From the NCBI RefSeq assembly GCF_041956535.1, contig NW_027192195.1, forward strand, positions 832,785-896,784: a stretch of 64,000 nt of DNA, read 5' to 3'. The position numbers were made by a program, and so were the translations under genes. Below the pieces are notes generated by a model. That model was given only the letters and a program-made list of their open reading frames with translations. It was not told the DNA's origin and did no database searches. Source of the stretch: Calcarisporiella thermophila CBS 279.70. Lineage: Eukaryota > Fungi > Calcarisporiellomycota. Below, piece after piece: positions 55,277-64,000 of the stretch (position 1 is its first letter; each line of letters starts with the position of its first letter).

Positions 55277-55395
55277 CTAAGCTAATCATTCCCCGATCAC
55301 CGCCCGGCCTCTTATCTCTCTGTAATCATAACATATATCTTGTTTTACACCTTGTCATAAAATTAAAAAAGCATTCTGAACAATTTGTATGAGAG

Positions 55396-58300
55396 ATGTG
55401 TTCCAAATCGTTGCAAATCGCCAAAGAAATTGACACCGCCCGCTGTAATGGCGAGTGGGACGCCATCCCTGACTTGGTGCGGCGCTATTCGAAGCGTAAA
55501 TCAGCTGACACATGTAATTGAATATGTCCACCTATCCTTTACCTTCTAATGTACTTACCCCTTCATACTTTAGTCTTTTCGGATCTGATAACTTTAGAAC
55601 ACGAAATCGTCAATCAAATTCAATTGCATATCAAATCGCAGAATTTTACTTATGAGGGATGGGAGAAAGACGATCAACAGCATATATCTTTGACGCCCAG
55701 AGTTCCAGCTAACCTACTAAGAGAGGCTATTGAGAAATTAAAGAAAAAACTCAAATCGACAAAAAATGAAGAGCAAAAACATGTAATAGTTGTCTATATG
55801 CTATGTGAATTTTCTAAATTTCAAGGCTAATTTTTTTCGGCGACAGAGCTTGTTATTACTACTTTCAAGGGCATATTATGCGATAGGGAGCTGGAGGGAA
55901 ACGCGAGAATGTCTATCAGTGTCTCGGACAGGGGGGTTGAGTTTGAAGGGATATGATCTTGTATTGAAAGTGCAAGAGCTAGCAATGAAAGGTAGAAATG
56001 GGGAGTCTACTCAGTCGTATTGTATTTAGCTTATACTGGTTATATTTTGCAAGGAACTGCGTTTGAGATGATGAATGATCCTCTCAGAGCAACAGAGTGC
56101 TATGATGCCATTCCTGCTCTCCTTCAATACCCTTCTGACCCCATAGCATCCGATCAGCTTATGGCTTGGATTGAAGAGGGCTTGTATCGGTCCCCTTTTC
56201 TTTATCTTCGCATGGGAAATTCTACGGGTGCACTAGAGGCTTTTCGGACCTATTTTGAACATTCGGAAAATTGGCCTTTAACCTTCCGCATATATAAGCG
56301 CTTAGCGATATTGAGGCACTATGCCCGTAGTTTGGGAGATACTTATCGTACTGGAGAATATTGCCCACCTTCAGAAAATTTAAGGGTCCATCTACGATCA
56401 AAAATGAGCATGAAAGCTCGAACAGAGAAAGAGGACATTCATGAACTGGCACGAGTGGAATTCATTCGTGTGCATGACGTATATGCCAACCTGGTGTTTG
56501 CCTGCACTCCAGTTCCAAGGGCAGGCGAGATAAATGTGCAGGTGATGGAAATGGTGGATCGAGTTGCAAGCGACTGGGAGCTCCTTGGTAGAGGGTGTGA
56601 CGAGATGGAATTACGGCACGTGGTGGATATATTGTATCGGTCGACCGAGAAAGTATTTAATTCGCCAAGAGTGATGCGAAATCTTGCCCGGATGCTACAC
56701 CGCCTTGGAGAATTCTCAGATTGCATAAGAATAATGGATGTTTATTTAGCAGTAGCAGGGATGAGAGAAGTTGTATGCGGCGTCGGCGTTTGCATAGAGG
56801 AGGTGCATCTTCATGAAAGCAGTGAACCACCTCGCGAAGTGGTCAAAGTGCTCTTGTTGGGTTGCCATTTACTGGCCCACAAACTCATTCATGGGGAAAA
56901 GTGTCTCCAGTATGCAAAGAAGGCCTATGCATTATGCAAGGGAGAGGCATCTTTGAAGGACTTGAAAGAAAAAGTGCTGAGATATCTGGCCGCCGGATAC
57001 GGCATTCTTGCGAATAACTCGACAGATCCAGAGCAACGTTCCACTTTTAGACAGGAAGCAATTATAGCTTTAGAAGAAGCGATCAAAGCTGGTGGTAGTT
57101 GGCAGGCACAGTATCAGCTAGCATTGCAGCATGCAGAGGCAAGAGATATTCCCCTTGCAATTCAAGTAGTGCGAGAGGCTCTCTCCACACAGCCACACTG
57201 TATTCCTGCTTGGCATCTTTTAGTGTTACTCTTTTCTTGTTCCTGCCAGGATGACTTAGAAGGAGCACTACGGTTTTGCAATATTGCCCTCAGCGAAGCT
57301 GAAGCTCAGTTAGAAAGCACCGATATCGATGCATCGACAATATACGAAGTCGACCAGAGTCACATTGACATGGAGATATTTTCTTTGCGATTGACAGAGA
57401 CACTGCTTCTTAGTAAACTGCGTGGCCCTGCACAGACACTCCTTCATCTTCGTATACTCTTCGCACTCTATGCGCGAGTGTTCTCTTTCACAGACTCGAA
57501 TGCCCAAGCAGGGGAAAACCTGCTCAATAAGGGCGTGGCGGAAAATCTAACTGGGAAAAATCAATATCCTCAGTCTCAGCTCCCCACATCCCCCACAAAA
57601 ATTGATGCCCAAGCGAATGGCCAATTGCGAAATAGCGATCGTGGCGAGCACGCAAGTGCACGACTAAGCTTTAGTAAACTAAGTTCATTGGCAGGCCAAA
57701 AGAAGAAGAAAAAGGCAATGGACAATGCTGACAAGGCAGAATCGAATATGGCTCCAGGGAAAGAACGCCTTGATAACCGCCCTACTGCCCATTTTACTTC
57801 ATCAGATCCCTCTAGCCTACCTAGCGACTCTCGGAAATTTTCATCTCACTCCAACCCTTCCGAACGCAAAGAAGTCGAAGCAAATCGGTTATTGCGCGAA
57901 TACTCATGTGAAGTGCTAAGTCGGTTGTGGTTGATATCTGCGGAAGCCTTTCGGCGGCTAGAGAGAATGGACGAAGCACAAAAGGCGGTAGAAGAAGCAG
58001 CGAGATGCTTTTCGAGTGTAGGTGAGAGTGCAGACGTGTGGCACGAGTCCGGTAAACTTATGGCCGCTCAAAAAAATTATCCAATGGCAATAAAAGCCCT
58101 CCACAAAGCCTTGGCTCTGGATCCGAATCATGTTGGGACTAAAGTCTGCCTAGCGGAGGTTTATATAGCAATGTCACGAGAGAAAGAAACACACGGCATT
58201 CATGAACGAAAGTTTCCGGAAGATGTCAACAATCCAAAAGAAAAGGAGGAATTAGAAGAGAAAGCCGACGAGAAAAGTCGGAGAGGATTGAAGGTCAGCC

Positions 58301-58512
58301 CTGCTACCAGTGGGATGATGCTTGCGGAGGGCTTGCTTGAGAGTACTACAAAAGGGACTGGGTGGGATTCGGTTGAAGGCTGGATGCTACTTGCGCGCTG
58401 TCTCGAGTGGACTGGCCGTGTTGAGGAGGCCAAACACTGCTTGTTTTATGCACTTGACTTAGACGCTGCGAGGCCTGTGCGACCATTTTCTGTACTACCA
58501 CGATCTGTATAA
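55396..58512 (+). CDS. YPP1: Ypp1/TTC7-like TPR scaffold of the plasma-membrane PI4-kinase complex
   Basis: N-terminal EIDTARCNGEWDAIPDLVRRY, FNSPRVMR, TPR repeats, and the C-terminal GWDSVEGW...AL.L...PVRPF. Confidence 0.85.
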
Positions 58513-59260
58513 GCGTAAATACAAGACAATTACTTACTCCATTAGGTGACCTGAAGTTATAGAATCCAAGTTTTGGATTAATTCATTGTTATTCTTAATT
58601 TATCAATTCATGTGAATTAGAACCATGATGTAATTTTCCTTTGCCTTTATGCTTGTATATAATATAACTATTTAAAGGTGTACTAGCTCCCTTAACCTAT
58701 CATCTTTGCGCACGAAGGAGAACGAGCGTAGCGGGACTAAAATCAACCCTTTCCTTTCGCACAATGCAGAGAAGTCTGTGGAATAGTTGCGCGGATTTAC
58801 AATTTGCTTGAACAATTGCAGCGACTCTAAATTAGGTGTGGATTCGTCAATCCCAGTTATATGTAATTTGTATGAAAAAAGGTTTGAAAACCGAGCAGAT
58901 AAAGTCCTCTTAGATCCAAAAGTGCTATATGATAGGAGTTGCTTCCATTTACTTGCAATCATGCAATCATGTAATAGGGGCATTTATCTGTCAAATATGT
59001 GTAGGCATAAGTTCTTCAGGATGCGCCCTCAACTAGGTTTTTCGATTAACTAGCAAACGGTCGTTGAAAGAATTTATTGGATTGGTCCATTTTACGCGTC
59101 TATTATCCAAGTTCTTCAAAAAATCCTATATGGAGGGTACAGGCAAAAAAAGCACAACTTATCACTTTATTATTTATCACTATTATATGCAATGCTCTTA
59201 AAAATAAGTGAAAAAAAGGGGAGAGGAAGGGGGAATCTATTTCTGCGGAAAAGTATTGGA

Positions 59261-59656
59261 CTAAGACATATCCTTAGAGAAGTCTGATGCCTTTGACGCG
59301 GCTTTCTTCCCTTTTTTGTGCGCTTGTTTGTGCTTGTGTTTGCGGTGATGGCTGTGATGTTTCTTATGCTTCACGGGGTTGTCGGGTTGAGGAACACTCG
59401 TAGCGGTTGGGACTGGAACAGCATTTGAGGGAGCAGGAGTCTCTTTTGGATTTTTGCTAATGGAGGCAAAAGAGGTGATATCATGAATATCAAGGTAAAG
59501 ACGCTTTAAATATAGGGCCTCTGTTTACATTTGAATAAGCCCGTTCAAATCTGGAAGCATAAGTCCTTGAATGTTGATTTCTCTCCGTGAGGGAGGAGGC
59601 GCGGCCCTACAGGTGGTTACTAGCGCAGCTAGAAATACAATCCCGATGAACTTCAT
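59261..59656 (-). CDS. Small secreted His/Lys-rich protein (107 aa, two exons; absent from the ORF track)
   Basis: Exon 1 (59656-59529) encodes MKFIGIVFLAALVTTCRA-APPPSRR-EINIQ. A GT-AG intron occupies 59528-59457. Exon 2 is in frame to TAG and includes KHKKHHSHHRKHKHKQAHKKGKK. Confidence 0.8.
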
Positions 59657-60256
59657 CTCTTGAATATAGAGCACTATTCGAAGGTTTCTACTAAATATAT
59701 GTAAGGGTTGGGGGTGGATTTTGTGAAAATAGGAGAGGCACTAGTGGGCTAAGGAAGATAAGAGGCCTACGAGTATTGACGAGAAAAGGATTTGGCACAA
59801 AGTGAAATTTACCTGAACATTTCATGGGCAGAAAAGATAGAGTTTATATACCATCTCTCGAAGAAAGGCCATACTAAGCAAAAATCAGCAGCACAGTGCT
59901 TTACAGAATATGCATGAAGGCGATCCAGAGGATTTTCGGCTCCGCGCACACTATTTTTTTTTTAACTCGAGCGCACGGATATAATCCTGAGCATAGTCCC
60001 AAATTGACATTTAATTTGAGGTCGCCTGATTTGTAGCTAAAGCGCACGGATTTGTTTTATTTTCATCATTTGAGGAAACCCCACAGACAAAAATAGGATC
60101 CTAGGTTAAATCTAAAGAAAAAAAAACAAATTGCTTTAAAAAGACATAAAAAAGGTAAATAGGAAGTCGTATAATAATTTAAATATAAGTTGGTGTATAA
60201 TAAATAAGTGTGAGATCAATGAAAAAGGAAATATAAATCTATCGCTTCTGCTTATT

Positions 60257-63200
60257 CTACAATTGCGAGAGATAGTCCAACACACTTGGAATAACACTCT
60301 GCGACTTGAGCATCACCTCCTCCCACTCTTTTGCTGGAATCGACAAGCTTGTAATGGCCCCGCCCGCTCCAATGGAAATTTCTACGTATAATGACGAAAA
60401 CATTAGCCTATAAGCATAGTGCAATTCAACAAACTCATCAACCCTATCTACCCTTCTTTTCCTCATTCACTACTCCGGTTCTTATCACTACACAGAAATC
60501 CGATTCACCCACTTTACCGTCCTTACTAAAGGAAAGAAAACCAAGGCAGCCCGAGTAGACGCCACGTGGACGATGATGCTCCAATTCGTCAAGAAGTTGA
60601 ACGGAGCGTAACTTTGGTGCCCCTGTCATGGATCCTATAAAAAGGCAGAAATTTGTACCAGTTTTTTAGGAAAAAAATCTATAGATTTTAATTGTTTACC
60701 AGGTGGGAAACAATTTCTGATTGCCTGGACCGCATCTATTCCCTCCTTCAAGGGACCACGCACAGTTGTCACCATTTGGTGTACTGTCTCATACGATTCT
60801 ATCCCAAAGAGAGTACTAACATGCACTTTTTTGGGATCACAAAAATGGGATAGATCATTCCGTATCAAATCTACAATCTAATTGAGAGGGGGGAGGGGAA
60901 ATATGGTTGTATGAATATTGGCAAAGTAGTGAGCTCAAATCAATAAATTTATGGGTAGTTACCATAAGATTCTCCGCTCTTTCTTTCACATCTCCCCATA
61001 GATTCCATTTCCGACGCTCATCTACCAATTTTCTAATTTTTTCACAGCCTATACCTTTATCACAAACAACCCCCTCACTCTCGCAAAAACATCCCTTGGC
61101 GACGGCAATCGTCCCCTTTATAGGCTTCATCTCCGCCCATCCATCAGCGTTCACGCGGAAGAATCTCTCGGGGGAAGAACATAGCACACGGACACCGGCA
61201 GCAAAAGTGAGGTAAGCGGAGAAAGGAGCAGGATTCCGCTGACGTAGTAGTAGGAAAAGCTCGTGAGTCGAAATCGGAAGCGAGGAACGAAAGCGTGTTG
61301 TTTGACAGAGTTCATAACTCTCTCCTTCGTGGATATAACTTAGAGATTTTCGAATAGCAGCCAGATATTCGGATTCGGTAAGATCAGGGCTAAAATTGGG
61401 TATATGGCTGCTCGAAGGATTACGCAGCTTGTTAGGATAATACACGGAATTTTCTCGAGGTATCTGCTTATTCTGCAACATTTTTAAATTGCTTCCGATT
61501 GACTGCATCCATTCTTCTGCCTCCTGACCCAATAGGCCTATATTCTCTATTTTCGGTCGACAACTACGATTATTTCCGATTTCCTCTACACCATGTTCTT
61601 CTGCGACCAGACATATGGCCCATATTATATTTTCCGTACGATCAAATGCGAGGAAGCGGTTGATTAGATGAAATGCAGCATCAGGCTCTTGCTGGCAGGT
61701 CCTACAGTCTTCAGCCGAGTTTGAGCATCGGTGCTTGTCAGAGGGTGTGTATCCCGGAAGAGATTCACACTTCATTTCGTAACCAAAATAACCGATGAGT
61801 CCACCTTGGAATGCATGCGGGTAAATATCAGCACCAGGCGCAGAAGTGATCTGGAGACTCGACATTAGTTCTGAGCAAAAGTCAAAAAAGGATTCATTTC
61901 GAGGAAGTGATATTCTGCCATCCGGTTGAGATGAGTTATAGTATTTCAGATACACTGTACGATGTTGGGTTGAGTAGGTTAACGATGAGTGTGGGTCGAG
62001 ACTAAGATAAGATACTCGAGAAGATTGAGAGGATTTCTATAATAAGAAGTTCATTTAGAAATAGTTCGAGATATGCTAATAATTAAATAAATATACATTA
62101 GGGCTATCTAGCCATGCAATTTTGGCTTGCTCTGGTATCCGTTTTTGGCGAACCATATGTGTGAAAAATGTGTCAGTGTCGCACCAGAGGCCCTCGAATT
62201 TCTTAACACGCATGCTGAGCTTGGGCTTTTCGCTATGAATACTAGGGAGTTGAAGCGGAATGGAAGGCGCGAGAACGGATATTGAGCGTATTGAATTTGG
62301 AAGAGGGCCATTGTTAAATGTGCGCCCGCTCTGTTTAACAATATTAGATATCAGCCCACGTTTGTGAAGTTAGCTGATATGACTTTTACCTTAGTCACAT
62401 AGTCTATCGTTAGTTCGTGAAAGCGCGTCATCATCAGCTTTCCATATTCGGTGCATATGGACTAAAAGAGGAGTTGATGAGTAGTTGAAAATAATAATCG
62501 TAAAAAAATGCTATTTACCTCGGGGTGAAACTGGACCCCCCAAATTGGCTTCCATGCGTGTTGAATACCCATGATTGTCTTCAACTTTTTTGTAGTGTTT
62601 TTCTCTATGTCTTCTCGTTTGATCTCATGCCCAGCACGTATAACTTCTTCTTGCAATTTTTGCATATCCTCGTCGTCCTCGTAGCACCAAGCAGTCACTA
62701 GTAATTCGGGTGGTAGTTCTGATATAAACGAAATATGTCAACTCCAACTATGCAGCCATTCTAGGTATTTCACTACCTTCCCAATCGACTACTAAAGAGT
62801 GATATCGCACCGCCCAGAATGTCGAAGGCACTCCCTCAAATAGTTTCCCTTCTTTTTCACAAAATATTTGAGATAGTCGACCATGCATAATACGACTAGC
62901 ATGAGTAATCTACCAAAATAGGATTATGAAGGAATTGTCTAAGAATAATCATCTTTCTGCAAAAAGTACCTTTCCTCCAAACGCCGCTGCAATACCTTGA
63001 TGGCCAAGGCAAACACCAAGAACAGGAATAAGATTCGTAGGTTCATAAGCTTGCCATTCCAATAGTTGCTTGCATATGCCAAAATCCTATTAAAGAAAAT
63101 TATATTAAAGAGTTTACAAGCAATAGTTTCCTAAATATTTTTTTTACTGCAATATGTTCAGGACGACCAGGTCCAGGCGAAATTATCACATTGTCAAAAT

Positions 63201-63409
63201 ATGGTAAGATTTCTGTACGAAACATCTTCCTAAAAACTCAAAGATTAATTACTGAACGAAAAAATGATTAATTTAACTCTGATAAAAATTTACCAATTAA
63301 ATTGATCGTTCCGAATTACAACTACATTTTCCGAGTCCAACAGATGTAAAAGATTAAAGGTGTAAGAATCATAGTTGTCTATGATGAGGGTAACCGGCTT
63401 CTGCCTCAT
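60257..63409 (-). CDS. ABZ1: Aminodeoxychorismate synthase (PabA-PabB fusion)
   Basis: Glutamine amidotransferase domain ([38 protein letters not shown]) and chorismate-binding domain ([47 protein letters not shown]). Confidence 0.96.
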
Positions 63410-64000
63410 CTTCAAAACTTCTCTTGAGGATGAACTTTCTAACCCCCTTTTATCGATAAATTTACAATCAATTGTGACTTGGAAATTCTGAGCTGCAATA
63501 TCATTGACAGGTGCCACAGTTAAATTACAGTCAATAGAGAAAAAAGTTTTCATTGTCTTGAATAACATCTATATAATTGGTCAATCAGCACTTCTAAATA
63601 TATAGGTAAAAACTATAACAGAAACTGAAAAGTTAAGTATATAGCTTCAAAGCTCAACTATAATCGAATAATTTAAAATCTATTTTGTAGGAGCAACGAA
63701 CAATTTCGATCAATGTTTAATAATTATAATAAAATTAAAATTTATTTAATAATAGGAATTTTAGGATCAATTCAAGATAAAAGTCAAACACAATAAACAC
63801 AATAAACGAAAAAAAAATACAAGCCTTAAAAATTAATTATTTTGCATTAAAAAGATTATACATTCATTTCATAATCATATGGAGTAGTAGTGCATACTGC
63901 CAAACATTCAGTAGCAGTTGGATCGCACTTCTTTTTAGCTGTTACAGTGACGGTTGTATAGACAATTTTAGGGGTAGGGCAATCTGTACGGCTAAATGGA

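Noticed and set aside
55441-55452. CGCTGTAATGGC resembles the 5' end of fungal SRP RNA
   Set aside because: It encodes the conserved RCNG of Ypp1, and no SRP helix-8 motif follows.
58672-59053. Two overlapping opposite-strand ORFs
   Set aside because: No homology or compositional support; they lie in the convergent 3' region.

Overview
Gene-dense, intron-rich eukaryotic DNA, most consistent with an early-diverging (Mucoromycota-like) fungus. The taxon is inferred from short AT-rich introns of about 50-90 nt, a retained FANCJ helicase, a U12-type intron and an EEEE-filter Cch1/NALCN-like channel. I can reconstruct 22 spliced protein-coding genes: an SR-like protein (partial), Rab-GAP, MIX23, M64 peptidase, VPS4, choline kinase, GLC3, an Mto1-like protein, GNA1, FANCJ, GH47 mannosidase, pinin, LSM1, CCH1-like channel, EHD3/HIBCH, TFIP11/NTR1, a FYVE protein, a Mid2-like sensor, DUF3020, YPP1, an unannotated secreted His/Lys-rich protein and ABZ1. 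There is also a U1 snRNA gene and a hairpin/MITE-like element at the assembly gap. The most notable items are: (1) an unidentified GC-rich, structured 0.35-0.4 kb non-coding block whose upstream motif and spacing match the U1 promoter; (2) a minor-spliceosome intron in domain II S6 of the calcium channel; (3) a C-terminal SKL (PTS1) on GNA1; (4) a histatin-like secreted protein missed by the ORF track; (5) a putative Zn-binding C-terminal domain on FANCJ. Gene coordinates span introns and were derived by eye, and several start codons are approximate.
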